The notes beneath the pieces were generated by a model. That model was not told the DNA's origin. It was given only the letters and a program-made list of their open reading frames with translations, and did not search any database. A stretch of 64,000 bases of DNA. Source: Amoebidium appalachense. Lineage: Eukaryota; Protista; Ichthyosporea. The translations under genes were made by a program, and so were the position numbers. Shown piece after piece: positions 41,595-55,021 of this stretch (the stretch's first letter is position 1; every line of letters starts with the position of its first letter). The DNA is taken from positions 1,860,001 to 1,924,000 of the forward strand of contig CAVNZM010000014.1 of NCBI GenBank assembly GCA_963693365.1, in the 5' to 3' direction.

Positions 41595-42140
41595 CAAAAA
41601 AAACTGAATATACCATTTTGCAGTACACCTGCCTCCCATGTACACACGGTACACACCACCGTACACGTCTAATTCACACAACATACACACACGCACGCAC
41701 ACAAACGCACACACACACCCATAAAAAAAGGGCAGGAAAAGAGGGGGGAAACAAAAAAAAACAGGCATTGCCAAAAGCCGGAAGTCAGTCATGAACGATA
41801 TTCGTGCGTTTGAAGTCCCTTGAAACCCAAGTGGAGAAGTCCGTGACACTTGCAGGCCTGGCATTCACAAATTCACTTGTACATGTGCTCCCCCCCCTTC
41901 CACCCCCACCCCGGGCCCAAACAAAAAACTCATATACCATCTTACAGTACGCCTGCCTCCCATGTACAAACTGTACACACCACCGTACACGTGTAATTCA
42001 CACAACATAAACACACGCGCACATATGCACACACACCCCCCCCCAAAAAAAAGGGCAAGAAAAGAGGGGGGGAACCAAAAAAAAAGGCATCGCCAAAAGC
42101 CGGAAGTCAGTCAAATAATATTCGTGCGTTTCAAGTCCAC
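41595..42140. repeat. Two-copy degenerate duplication (~320-bp period)
   Basis: atataccat...cagtac.cctgcctcccatgtac...cacaccaccgtacacgt...gccaaaagccggaagtcagtca...attcgtgcgttt.aagtcc occurs at ~41608-41818 and ~41932-42138. Confidence 0.85.
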
Positions 42141-42303
42141 CCACGAACGAACACGTTTTAATCAAAACCACAGCCATAATATTGACGTCAAGGGTACCTT
42201 CAAAACGGTGGTATGAATTTTTTTTCCTGTTGCACAGGCTCTCCTTCTGATTCTCCTCCCCCCCCCCCCCCCCCCTCGCCATCCCTGCCCCCCTTTCCGC
42301 CCG

Positions 42304-42358
<55 letters not shown>

Positions 42359-42946
42359 TGTGTGTGTGTTTGTGTGTGTATGTGTGTGTGTATGTGTCAC
42401 GTGTGCGTGTGTGTGTGTAGAGGTGCGCGCGCGGACCCACCTATCTATGCATGTGTAACCTTAAAAAGGTCAACTTGTAATAAAAGCAAAGAACAAGAGG
42501 ATAACGGCCCATGGGGGAGAGGGAGAGCGCGAGAGCAAGAGAGATTCATTGGGCGAGAGATGATATTGATATCCAGCACATTATGAATTAAAACTGCATT
42601 TAGGGAAAGTATGAGGGCTGCCCTCCCCCCCCACCCCCCCTCTCCCTCCCCCTACACACAAGCACATCGCCGTTCCATCACTGACACCTGTTTCCAGGCA
42701 AGCCTTAGCCTCCGCATTCATCCCCCCTCCCCCCCTCCACCCTCCCCCCCCCCCCCCCCCCCCCCCCCCCCCTTTTTTTTTTTTTTTAAACACGTTTTGT
42801 TCCCGAAGGGCCTTTGCAGACCCTCTAGGGAAACTACCGTCTACCACACAGCACCGACAGTACACTAGCTAGAGTGCTGTCTATGAGTTCAGCTAAGCTA
42901 AACCATCCTTCACAACCTAGCTATAAGTACACACTTTGCTCAGGAG

Positions 42947-43480
42947 TCATGGGGCGAGTGGCCGAGCGAGACCGAAGTTATTTCGGCGAGCCGTCGGTTA
43001 GCGAGCCAAAATAATCGTCAAGGCGAGCCGAAATAACGAGGTCGAGCGAGGACACGAGCCGACATGATCCGGTTACGATATGACCCATAAAGATTTAGCA
43101 TTCACTTTATTGATACATTATGCAAACTTTAACTCGGTTATTTGATTCATACATCATTACATTCACATTTCAGGCTCATTTTCCTAGTGATCGCTTTGAT
43201 TGGCTAGCAGCGCACTCACCCATTAACCCGGTTATTCGATTCCTCTAACCCAATAGAAATGTCCATAGCCTGGTTATTTCGGTGAGTGCGCTCTAGGCCA
43301 ATCACGGCAAGACTAACTGAAGTTAAAGGTCGTGTCGTCATCCAATCAGATCACACCCCGACGCTCGGAATATCGTAACCAGGGTTACTACCCGAGCCAC
43401 GCCGGCAGGAGGCACCAGTCCTCCCCTTAAATCTAGTAATAAACGTTAACCTCCGGCTCTCATTGGTCGATCTACAGTAG
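42947..43480. mobile_element. Putative non-autonomous DNA element with a long GA-mismatch hairpin and internal inverted/direct repeats
   Basis: Hairpin 42947-43067. 11-bp IR ggttacgatat (43071-43081) / atatcgtaacc (43370-43380). Three taacYcggttattY-like repeats and several CCAAT boxes. Boundaries are approximate. Confidence 0.5.
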
Positions 43481-43570
43481 TGGAATGTCCTAAGTATTGT
43501 GAGTTGTGTTTACGGTGGATAGGGGTGGATGATGGGGTGTGGTGGTGGTGGTGGTGGTGGTGGTGGTGGT

Positions 43571-43617
<47 letters not shown>

Positions 43618-44781
43618 GCTACCTAACATTATGTGTTCAAGTACATACATTGTGGCAATGCTCTTGTGAACTAAAAGGTGTGGCTTGCAGGGAACAATGG
43701 GTCTGTGTGGTTCCGGCAGTCAGGGCAGGCTGGCCGGGTGTGTGTGGGGGGTGTTTTTGTGTGTGTTTTGGTTTTGGATTGTGCCATGTTTTCTGTTTAC
43801 GGGTGGTGGTTGTGTGGTGGTGTTTTTGCATTTTTGGTGTTTGGGGGAGTTTGGTGTGATCCCCCCCCCCTCCCCCCCCCCCCCCCCCCCCCCCTCTCCC
43901 CCCAGCCTCTTTCTCACCTCCTCCGTCCACCCATCTTCACCACTTTCCCACCATCCCGCCTCCCCCCCCCCCCCCCCCCCTCCCCTGCCGTTCACACCTC
44001 CCCCCCCTCAACCCCCCCCCCCCCCCTCAACCCCCTTACCTCCCGCTCTCCAATAAAAACATCAACCACCACTCCTGAGCCCTCCTTCCTGCCCAATACA
44101 ATCTGAGTCTTTCATGTGCCTGGTGTTTGGAATGTGCACATTTGTGTTTTTTCCTCCTTCTTCGTACCCACATGGCTTCCGAATGTGATAATCAAAAATC
44201 ATTATAAGCACATACATACATTCCTTCGTTGCACTGTTCACCTTACAGAGCATGCGCCGGGGGGGCGGTGGGCGGGGGGGCCAGGGGAGAGGAGGGGGGT
44301 GGCTGGATAGGTGGGTGGGTGGGTGGGGCGGGGGCGGGGGGGGGGGGGGGGGGGGGGAGAGAGGGGGGGGAAGAAGACGTTTCATGGGACACTTATAAGG
44401 ACGGAAGAGGAGGAGGGAGGGTTAGGGCGGGGGGGGTCTAAAAAAAGCAAAACAAAAAAAAACCGGAAACAAAAACTTTACCAAGAAAAACCAAAGGCAA
44501 CCAAAAAAAAAAGAAAGAAAAAAAAAATTAAGGGAAGAAAAAGGAAACAGACAGAGAAGGCGGAAAGCATGTACAGGTATGAAAAGCTGAATCTCACAAT
44601 TCTAAAGGTATGCCCTTCTCCAGCATGATTTTTACGGTTATGTTGTGCTTGTTACGGCGTTCATGGGTAGAAACAAGTGCGAGTCCCCATGGATTGTGAC
44701 CTAGGTTGCCTCAGTTTTTCCCCCACGTTTTTCTTTCCTTTTTTTCTTTCTTCTTCTTCTTCTCTCTCTCTCTCTCTCTCT

Positions 44782-44874
<93 letters not shown>

Positions 44875-44975
44875 TCCCTCTCTCTCACTTTCACACACAC
44901 ACACACTCTCTCTCTCCCCCCCCCCCCTCCCTCCCTCCCTCCCCCCCCCCCCCTCTCTCTCTCTTCCCTCCCTCC

Positions 44976-45062
<87 letters not shown>

Positions 45063-45709
45063 TTTTTTCTTTCTTTTTTTTTCTGTGTATGTGTGCGTGC
45101 ACGTGTGTGTGGGGGAGATATATAAATGAAGGTCTCCTTAACTTGGTTCAGGCCTTGTTCCATAGTGTCTTTCTGGGGAGGCTCTTCCCTCCTGAGGGCG
45201 AATGAAGGTCACACAGAATAAAAGGGGAAAGGGGCCCATACGGGTGGTATAAAAAATAGCTCATTATGATATATCGTCTGCACGGTGACAAAACCCTTAT
45301 AAAATCTCACGATGATTCTCCAGCAAGGGAAAAACGTTCTCAGACATGTAATGTTGCTTATAGGACAACCATGATGATACTTTCTATTTCAAAAAGAAAA
45401 TTCATAACAATTCATTATGCATACGACCGCCACGGTTGGAATTTGTTGGGTTCGATGGGGGCCAGAGCCTGTAGGCAGGGAGGGAGGGAGTGCACGTGTT
45501 TGGGGAGGCGGGGATGGGGGGGGGGGGGGAGAGAGCAGGGGATGGCAGGGAGGGGGGGGGGGGGGGGGGGGCAGGGGGTGCGCGGGGGGGAGAGGAGGGC
45601 ATGTTGCATGAACCTTTAACACTTCAACACACAACTCAATTGTCCTTTTTTTTATTAATATAGTATGACACAGCCTTCGAATCGATTGCCCAAATTGTAT
45701 ACCTTGGTT

Positions 45710-46360
45710 ATAAACCATTGACCTCTCTGCCGCCGGCAGCAGGACATCAGGAACAATGCACTGGGTCAGGTTTGCGGTGCCGTGGGTGCTGGCGGGCCCG
45801 CAGGCGCCAGGATTTTCTGTGGTGTTGAACCACGTGACGGCCAACTTGTAGCCCGCCACCGTGCGGTTGCTGTCGTGCGCCACAAACAGCCCCTCCACAT
45901 ACGCCCCCACACGCTGGTGGTCGCGGTCGTCCGAGTACGGCTGCGTGCCGTTGGGCAGCTGCCGCGACAGGTACAGGTCACGCGCATCGAGGCACTCGCC
46001 GTGCGTGTGGTTGCCGTTGACGTAGCTGATCCATGTGACGGTATTGCTGCCGAACGGGTTGGCGCCGGCCACGGGGGCAAACGTGACGGGGTCAAAGACA
46101 TAGGTCACCGTGACGTCGGTGCCGTGGGCGGCGTTGACCGTGGCGTAGGCGACCGTGTCGTTGCCCGGCAGCATACGCAGTGTCTCTGTGGCCGCCGTGA
46201 CGGGGTTCGATCAGCACCGACACGTCCATGTAGTGCAGTGTAGCCCTGGCTCAGCGTGCAGTCTCCCACGTCGCGGCCTCTGTACGTCTGCACAGGGAGG
46301 CCTGCCACACAGGCGGCCAGCAGGGAAACCGGTTAGTGCGGCGGTGGTCTTGCAGGCCAT
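45710..46360 (-). pseudogene. Pseudogene of the 215-aa secreted protein family (copy 1)
   Basis: Highly similar to 47080-47727 but carries +1, -2 and +4 indels in the 5' part, an in-frame TGA near 46211, a lost Cys (NPFGS) and a lost stop (GTT TAT). Confidence 0.85.
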
Positions 46361-47079
46361 GTTGTTCTTTGTCAAGTCACTGAAGTGTTAGTTAATGTGT
46401 AGGTGTGGTTGTGAATGGTGTTGTCGTTCCACAGGACAGCTTTTTTCCAGGTTGGTTGTTTTTTCTTGTTTGAGTGACTGACTAATGGCAGAGACGACAA
46501 TTTATGTATAATCGGGAGCTCACCAATCGGAAATGCGTAAAGAATAAACCTCTGGAATTTCGCCTGGGAACCAATCAAACACCCCCTACAAATAGAAGTT
46601 TCTAGCGCATATCAGCTTACCTTTTTCACCTTTCTACAGTTCCAAGCTTCGTGTTTCGATGACAAATAACCGTCTGAATTTGCATAGTGCTCTTTATTGG
46701 TAAAAGTTTAAGGGATTTGTCGCTTTTCTGTCATTAGCGTAGGCGCGACATGGCTTATTGGGCATGGATGCATACCAATCATGTTTAAAACTGTGGTGTC
46801 AAGATCGCGAGCATTCCTGTTGACATTCCAAACTGATCAAGATGGGGCCGGGACAACACCAGCTCGAGTCACGTCGCCCTTCCAGAAAGAAACATACCTG
46901 AAACGCCCTTATGATTGGGTAGCTTAGAATCAATTCTGATTTGCTATCATAGTGAGCCGCCATTTTCAGCCGGTATAAATGCGAGCGAATCCTTTCAGAA
47001 GTCAGTCAAAACATCATAACAACCAAGCAAGAGCAAGAAGACAACCGTTTAGAGTCACATATCAACAAACAGCAACAAC

Positions 47080-47727
47080 ATGGCTTTCAAGATCATCGCC
47101 GCACTGACCGTCTCCCTGCTGGCCGCCTGTGCGGCAGGCCTCCCTGTGCAGACGTACAGAGGCCGCGACGTGGGAGACTGCACGCTGAGCCAGGGCTACA
47201 CTCTGCGCTACATGGACGTGTCGGTGCTGAACCCCGTCACGGCGGCCACAGAGACACTGCGTGTGCTGCCGGGCAACGACACGGTCGCCTACGCCACGGT
47301 CAATGCCGCCCATGGCACCGACGTCACGGTGACGTATGTCTTTGACCCCGTCACGTTTGCCCCCATGGTCGCCGCCAACCCGTTCTGCAGCAATGCCGTC
47401 ACGTGGATCGGCTACGTCAACGGCAACCACACGCACGGCGAGTGCCTCGATGCGCGTGACCTGTACCTGTCGCGGCAGCTGCCCAACGGCACGCAGACGT
47501 ACTCGGACGACCGCGACCACCCGCGTGTGGGGGCGTATGTGGAGGGGCTGTTTGTGGCGCACGACAGCAACCATACGGTGGCGGGCTACAAGTTGGCCGT
47601 CACGTGGTTCAACACCACAGAATACCCCGGCGCCTGCGGGCCCGCCAGCACCCACGGCACCGCAAACCTGACCCAATGCATTGTTCCAAATGTCCTGCTG
47701 CCGGCAGCAGAGACGTCAATGGTTTAA
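47080..47727 (+). CDS. Intronless secreted glycoprotein of unknown function, 215 aa (copy 2)
   Basis: Signal-peptide-like MAFKIIAALTVSLLAACAAG, strong GC3 codon bias, six N-x-T sequons, TATAAA near 46974, Kozak-like caacATGG, and paralogs in the window. Confidence 0.88.
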   Translation: MAFKIIAALTVSLLAACAAGLPVQTYRGRDVGDCTLSQGYTLRYMDVSVLNPVTAATETLRVLPGNDTVAYATVNAAHGTDVTVTYVFDPVTFAPMVAANPFCSNAVTWIGYVNGNHTHGECLDARDLYLSRQLPNGTQTYSDDRDHPRVGAYVEGLFVAHDSNHTVAGYKLAVTWFNTTEYPGACGPASTHGTANLTQCIVPNVLLPAAETSMV

Positions 47728-48305
47728 ATAACATATGCATGGTGTACGATAGTCGAAACGAAGGCAGCCTGCATCACTAATAAATTACGGAGCACTACAC
47801 TAATGATTGAGTCGCTGTGACTGCTTCTTGCCATATATTATGCATATCCATGCCATTCCCTCCAACACTCCTACTCCTGTCACAGTCCCTGTACATGCGC
47901 TTGCAACAGTGAACAAAATTCCAGAGAGCAGAGAGAGTACCCTGTTTAGCTCAGCTACTACAGAACAAGCGGAAAATTTGCTTAGGCTCTTATGGGTGCA
48001 TATGTTTCCCCAAATTTAATTAATAGGCAAAAAGAATTATCATTGTGGGTGCGTGCATGTGTGCTACACTGAGATTAAAGGCGGTGCATATGTAGGTTAG
48101 TATGCGAGTGTGGGGGGTGTCCCAGCAAGTATATATGTAAGCATTGCTTTGTTTTTTTAATGCATTCGTGTGTGCACGCCTCTGTTACCATTATGAACGA
48201 TATAATAATTCGTGTACGCGTGTCACGGTTTAAAATTTGGATGCATATATATGTGTTTGATGCTGTGTGTACGTGTGATGCTGTGTGTATGTGTGAGTGT
48301 GCGTG

Positions 48306-48442
<137 letters not shown>

Positions 48443-48593
48443 CTGTGTTTGCGTGTATGTTTGTGTGTGCATGCGCGTGCGTGTGTGTGTGCGTGTGTTT
48501 GTGTGTGTGTCGTGTGTGTGTGTGTTGCGTGTGCCAGAGTGTCTGTGTGTATGTATTTTTACGGTGGTGTGTGTATACGTGTGTGTGTGTCAC

Positions 48594-48654
<61 letters not shown>

Positions 48655-48891
48655 TGTGCTTAATTGTGTCCACGTTCGTTATGTACGTTTGTACGCGTGT
48701 GTACGCCGTGCGGATGCGAGGCCGTGCATCTGTGTGTGTGAGTGTGTGTGTGCGTGCGTGTGAAAAGGGGGGGGGGGGGGGGAGGGGAAGAGGGGGGAGG
48801 AAGAGAGGGAGAGAGGAGGGGGGGAGGGGGGGGGGGAGAGAGAGCCAGACAGAGAGGCAAACAGAGAGATCTGAGACGTTGAGAGGAGAGA

Positions 48892-48933
<42 letters not shown>

Positions 48934-49535
48934 AGGGGGGGGAGAGCACCCTCTTTTGAATCAATACATGTACCACTCGCAAAACCCCACGATGTGCTTG
49001 CGTTAATGGCTTACGTGCTGGTTATGTAATGGGATGCTGAGTAACTTCTGGCGTTCATGTGTATTCATATGCCTCTTTATATATAATTAGTTAGTGGGGA
49101 GTGGAGCAGCAGGCATTGCCTTCACAAATTACTGGTACCTCCTCCCCCCCCCCCCCCCCCCCTCCCCCCCCCTCCCCCGGGCACCGTCCACCCACCGCCG
49201 TCACCACCACCACCAATCCACCCACCCAACCCACCCAACCCACCCAACCCCATATGTACATATACAACACACAACACAAGAAAATACTAGACACACGTCA
49301 TGCTGTTAGGCTGCCCCGCAGGTACGCACACACCACACACGTGCACACATGCAAACACACACACGGACGCAATTATGTTAACACACACGTGCGCGCACAC
49401 TGATGTGTGTGTGTGTCCACAGCGAAACCCTTGCACGGCTGCATCATTTTGAGATCTTTGGATGTGTCAGATGCACCGTTTCACATAACGATCCACCTCT
49501 GCCCCACCACCACTACCACTACGTATAACACACCG

Positions 49536-49584
<49 letters not shown>

Positions 49585-49640
49585 AACACCCACCCACAAA
49601 TACACACAGTGGCACACACACACACACAAACTATTAGACT

Positions 49641-49723
<83 letters not shown>

Positions 49724-50409
49724 CGTCACACAGATGCAGACACATATTAATCATCATGTGGCACACTGTAAAGCTATATTGAAGTTCCCCTCCTGCTATT
49801 TCACATCGCGTGCATATGTGTACCTTCGAAAACGGCAACTGAGTTAAAGCAGCGGACCAGACGACAAGTTCGCTAAACCTGAAATATTATGGGGAGGCAG
49901 GCCGCTTGTGAAAGGGAGGGAACTTTCAGTTGCGAAAACTGCTGGGATTCAGGACACCGTAGGAAACATTTCTAGATTTAGGCATATTATGAGGGGTATA
50001 ATCTATCCCCCCCCCGCTCCCCGCTTTTCGGTGATGCCAAAAGCATTCTTTTAGACTCTAAGGTGGAAGGGAAGCAACTATTCGAACAAGCCTAATAGTA
50101 TGCCAAACAACCCCTCCCCCCCCCCCCCTTCTCCCCCTGTCCCCCTCTCCCCCCCACTCCCCCACTCCCCCATCATCCCTTCTTCAACCCCTTCTTCTTG
50201 CCCATTTAGCGCCTTTAAGGTGCCTGGTGAATCGCGTGCATTTGTGTTTTGTGCACCTGTTTTGGACCGCAGTGCATTTGGCTTCCCGCGGCGATGCTCA
50301 AGGTCCACAGTTACACCCACATACAATTCTTCCGGCCACTGTTCACTGTACGGGCTGGAGGGCCGGCAGGGGGGGGGAGAGGGGGGAGGGGGGGGGGGGC
50401 GGGGGGGGG

Positions 50410-50916
50410 GTCACCCCGGGAGATTTTTGCACCGGGGGATTTTTGCACTAGAACGTCTCCCTAGACTTTTTTGAAAAGACAACCTAGCCTTGTTCGAAAT
50501 GGAGTTCTGCCTCTGTTTTTGGTTTTCTGAGTACTTTTTTGCCTGTTTGAGTGGTTATGTGTTTCTTTGTAAGATTTCAGCTGTATACTGAATGTTCAAT
50601 AACATAAGTCGACTGTCGACTCCCAGAGTCCAGCCTCCACTTGAATTAGTCCCCCCCCCCCCCCCCCTTCCCCCCTTCCCCCCTCGTTACGCAGTAACGG
50701 GGGGTTTAGGGGGACATAAAAGCTGATTTTCTTTGGCTGCCCAAAACATGCTTGAAAAACGAAAAAAACAGCTATTAGAAAAGTGTGATTCATTGTTAGG
50801 ATGCTAACGTGACCAATGAGCACGAAAACACCCAGTAAAAACCCAATGACACGATAGTTCAATTGCTCTATCAACCTCCAGTGCAAGAATTTCCCGGTGC
50901 AAAAATTTCCTGTGAC
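50410..50916. mobile_element. MITE-like element (~505 bp) with ~40-bp imperfect TIRs made of tandem subrepeats
   Basis: Left gtcaccccgggagatttttgcaccgggggatttttgcact vs reverse complement of right gtcacaggaaatttttgcaccgggaaattcttgcact. No clear TSD because the left flank is poly-G. Confidence 0.7.
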
Positions 50917-51134
50917 AGGGAGTGTGAGGGAAAACGGGTAGAAGGGGGAATTTTGCGACACCTGAAGTTGGAGGAGGGGGGGGGGGGGGGGGGGGGGGGG
51001 AGGGATTAGAATTTAATCCCCGCCACCTCCCCCCCCCCCCCCCCCCCTCCCCCCCTCAAACTTTGATAATGTTCATCAAAACCCGACCGCTTCAAGCTTG
51101 AAAAGGAACAAAAAAAAGAGAAAGAAATTAAATA

Positions 51135-51214
51135 AGCCGGAAACCATAATAACAATGGGGGAGCCTCGGAGGATGGAGGGAAGGGGAAGCCGGTGGTTAT
51201 TATGGTTTCCGGCT
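51135..51214. repeat. Perfect 19-bp inverted repeat with 42-bp spacer (possible mini-MITE)
   Basis: agccggaaaccataataac (51135-51153) / gttattatggtttccggct (51196-51214). Confidence 0.75.
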
Positions 51215-51405
51215 ACCGTGCCCGGATAAGATGGCCAAGTATGTATATATTGAGACTGTTCTTCAACATGGTTATTGTGGTTATGCAAGGGCCGTGTTTG
51301 TTGGTGGCATGGATGTAAAGTGCACAAATCATCATCATGGATTGTGAATTAAGGGGTTTGCCTGGGTTTTTGCCAGGGGGAAGCGTGGGTGGGATGGACG
51401 CCCGA

Positions 51406-51457
<52 letters not shown>

Positions 51458-52339
51458 TCCTTCAGCCTAGGCTAGGGGGAGGGGAGGGGGGGGGGGGGGA
51501 GATCTTGGCAATATATAACCTCCTCGACTCCGGTCCGGGCCTTGTTTCATAATAACGTCTTTCCGGGTGCCCCCCCCCCCTCCCCCCCCCCCCCCCTCTC
51601 CCCCCCCTCCCCCTCCCCTCCCTCCCCTCCCCTCCCTCCCCCCGCCCACCCCCCCTTCTCCCCGGGCCCCCCTCCCGAAGGTCACCGTGCACGTGAAGTG
51701 GAACGAAATCATAAGGGAAAAGAAAGCGTGTGTGTGCTAATATGAGAAATTCCTTGACAACATAGGCCGCCTGACAAACCCTCAGTGAAATACCATATTT
51801 TAAAAAACTAAAACTGTGACCGTTGAAGTCTGGTAATCTAACTTACGACTAATGCTTTCTACGTACCGCGGCAAATTCTTGCGGCAGCCATAAATCAGGC
51901 ATGCGTGTTATTCCAAGGAATATCGATCGGATTTCGGCATGACGGCTCGGAGTGATGGGGAACACCGACGGGGCCAGAGGCTGGGTCCGAAAATGGATGG
52001 GGGGTGGGTGGGTGGGTGGGTGGGGGGGGGGGGGGGGGGGGAGTGATTCTGAATAAACCCAGGAGAGGCTCGGGTGGGGGGGGGGGGGGGGGGGAGGCGG
52101 GGGGGACCCGGGGGGAGTGGGGAGGGGGAGGGGGCCCGGGGGGATCGAGGGAGGGATGGGGTGAAAGGGGATGTGGTCATTGCATGAAGTGGTTGTCATA
52201 AGTTACCGAGACACTTCAAAACACACCTCGCGGATAGCAGTATATATTGTCATGCAAATATGGTTCTTTGGTTTATTTACGATGATGCAGCCTTCGACTG
52301 ATCGATCGAATACCTATCATTATTATTGCTCTTGAACTA

Positions 52340-52987
52340 TCAAACCATCGACGTCTCTGCTGCCGGAAGCAGGACATTTGGAACAATGCACTGGGTCAGG
52401 TTTGCGGTGCCGTGGGTGCTGGCGGGCCCGCAGGCGCCGGGGTATTCTGTGGTGTTGAACCACGTGACGGCCAGCTTGTAGCCCGCCACCGTGCGGTTGC
52501 TGTCGTGCGCCACAAACAGCCCCTCCACATACGCCCCCACCCGCGGGTGGTCGCGGTCATCCGAGTACATCTGTGTGCCGTTGGGCAGCTGCCGCGACAG
52601 GGACAGGTCACGCGCATCGAGGCACTCGCCGTGCGTGTGGTTGCCGTTAACGTAGCCGATCCACGTGACGGCATTGCTGCAGAACGGGTTGGCGCCGGCC
52701 ACGGGGGCAAACATGACGGGGTCAAAGACATACGTCACCGTGACGTCGGTGCCGTGGGCGGCGTTGACCGTGGCGTAGGCGACCGTGTCGTTGCCCGGCA
52801 GCACACGCAGTGTCTCTGTGGCCGCCGTGACGGGGTTCAGCACCGACACGTCCATGTAGCGCAGAGTGTAGCCCTGGCTCAGCGTGCAGTCTCCCACGTC
52901 TCGGCCTCTGTACGTCTGCACAGGGAGGCCTGCCACACAGGCGGCCAGCAGGGAAACGGTCAGTGCGGCGGTGGTCTTGAAAACCAT
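52340..52987 (-). CDS. Intronless secreted glycoprotein of unknown function, 215 aa (copy 3)
   Basis: Near-identical paralog of 47080-47727 with an intact ORF and a homologous promoter region. Confidence 0.88.
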   Translation of the reverse strand: MVFKTTAALTVSLLAACVAGLPVQTYRGRDVGDCTLSQGYTLRYMDVSVLNPVTAATETLRVLPGNDTVAYATVNAAHGTDVTVTYVFDPVMFAPVAGANPFCSNAVTWIGYVNGNHTHGECLDARDLSLSRQLPNGTQMYSDDRDHPRVGAYVEGLFVAHDSNRTVAGYKLAVTWFNTTEYPGACGPASTHGTANLTQCIVPNVLLPAAETSMV

Positions 52988-54100
52988 GTTGTTGCTGTTT
53001 GTTGACTCTAAACGGTTGTCTTCTTGCTATTTCTTAGTTGTTGTGATGTTTTGACTGGCTTCTGAAGGGATGCGCTCCTTTTTTGACCGCTGAAAATGGC
53101 GGCTCACAACAAAAGCCAATCGGAATTGATTCTAAGTTACCCAATCATAATGCGCTATTTTTACACCACATGTCCAGATATGACTGTGACAGTACACCCG
53201 GTTTTCCGAAAATTCAGCGTTCGAAAAGTTTTGATCGTACCTAAAAGGTTATCGAATTTGATTTTTTTTAGATACCAAGCGTATAACCATCACGTCGCAT
53301 TTTCCTGTACACAGGCCCTTTTTTCCCCATCATCCATTATTAACAAATGGCTTTCAATTGCTTTCTGTAATAATGTCGCAGTCTTTGTCGTGGTATACGT
53401 AGATACGACGCCTTTGATACCAACTTCGAACCCTGCCGCGGCAGGATGGTGTGAAATCAGTGACCCGGCTAAAAAGTCACATAGGGTAATCTGCGAGACG
53501 TGTACAGATTGTCTATCTTTTTTCTTTTAATATTACATAAGTATTTTTGCATGTGCGCACACAAGGGCTTCGCCCGTCATGGCCAATTGTCGTAGCATTA
53601 GCCATTACTATCTCTTATTAATGACTCGACTCTCGAGCTGGTGTTGTCCCGGCCCCATCTTGATCTGTTTGGAATGTCAACAGGAATGCTCGTGATCTTG
53701 ACACCACAGTGTTGCGACAGTTTTAGACGTGAATGGTATGCATCCTTTCCTACTAGGCCAGGTCGCCTATAGATACGCAAATGACAGAAAAAGCCACAAA
53801 ACCCTAAACATTCTATAAATCAAGAACGTAATGAAAATTCAGATGGGTTTATTGCATCCAACCACGAAGCTTGGCCTTGTAAAAAGGTTAAATGAAGCTC
53901 ACATGCGCCAGAAACTTCGATTTCTAGGCAGTGTTTCTAGGGGGTGTTTGATTGGTTCCCAGGAAAATCCCCCAGGTTTATTCTTTACGCAATTTCGATT
54001 GGTCGAGCCCGGCTATAAATTATCGAGTCGGTCACCCAAACAACAGCCAACTTGAAAAACGCTGCCCCGCGCAACGACGACAACATTCACAACCACACAG
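52340..54100. repeat. Inverted segmental duplication of ~46400-47727
   Basis: Gene plus upstream sequence match in reverse (e.g. 46795-46868 vs 53633-53708; 46403-46427 vs 54075-54098). About 450 bp of extra sequence at ~53160-53620. Confidence 0.85.
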
Positions 54101-54601
54101 GGGGGAGTGGATTCCTTGTGTACACGTGTGAATTGGACCATTCACAACGCACAACGGGGACGGGTTTCTTCCTCCCCCATTCCCCTGCCCCCGCTCCCCC
54201 CCCCCCCCCCCCCCCCCCCCCCTTCCCCCCCCCTCCCCCCGGTGTGGTAAGCAAAAGCAACTTCAAAACCCATAATTATGGGGGGGCCGGGGGGGGGGGG
54301 GGGGGGGAGGGGGGGGGGGGCCCGGGATGAGGAGGAAGGGGGGGGGGGGGGGGGGTGGGGGTGGGGGGTGGGAGCGTCGATTGCCTGAATGGAATATACG
54401 ATCTCCAAAAAGATGTCACTTGTCCATTTGGGAGTGGCTTTATTGATTGTATGAACTTGTTGGTCACAAGCCCAACACCGTATATACGCTAATTAGTTAT
54501 TTAATGACTAGAATGGCAATTGCAAGAGTGACACCTAGCTCATAGGCTACCACCCACTACTACTATTACTGATCGATCAGATCATCATGATGCTGCTGGC
54601 A

Positions 54602-55021
54602 CTACACCTTGCAGCAAGTTTCGAGGGAGCACACGGGCAGCTTCTTGTTTGTGTAGGGCAGGCAGGGCCGGGACTCAGCGGGCCACGTGTCTGGGGGGCA
54701 CTCTGTGTGTGTGGCGTAGAACCAGTCCTTGCAGTTCGTGGGCGTCGACCCGCCCTGCAGTCCCTCGCCTTCCTGCCGCCGTGCACGTGTGGCCGTTCGC
54801 GGCACGCAGCACGCATCCACCGTGCACTTATCGAACGCCTCGTGGCCTGCATAGCGCGCACACTGCCTGCGGCCCCAAACGTCGTAGTGGCCAGGGCAGG
54901 CGCCAAGGTCTGAGGCGTTCCACTCGGTGCAAGTCATGACGTAGTTGGGGCTCTGTGTGCGGGGGTGGGTCGAGAGGCCCGAGGCGACAGCCAGAGAAGC
55001 GGCGAGGATAAGAGACTTCAT
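54602..55021 (-). CDS. Secreted Cys-rich precursor with two 6-Cys modules, 139 aa (copy 1)
   Basis: Signal peptide MKSLILAASLAVASG. Two repeats of C-x2-W-x7-CP-x10-C-x10/11-C-x4-CC separated by RARR. Kozak caccATG. Confidence 0.88.
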   Translation of the reverse strand: MKSLILAASLAVASGLSTHPRTQSPNYVMTCTEWNASDLGACPGHYDVWGRRQCARYAGHEAFDKCTVDACCVPRTATRARRQEGEGLQGGSTPTNCKDWFYATHTECPPDTWPAESRPCLPYTNKKLPVCSLETCCKV

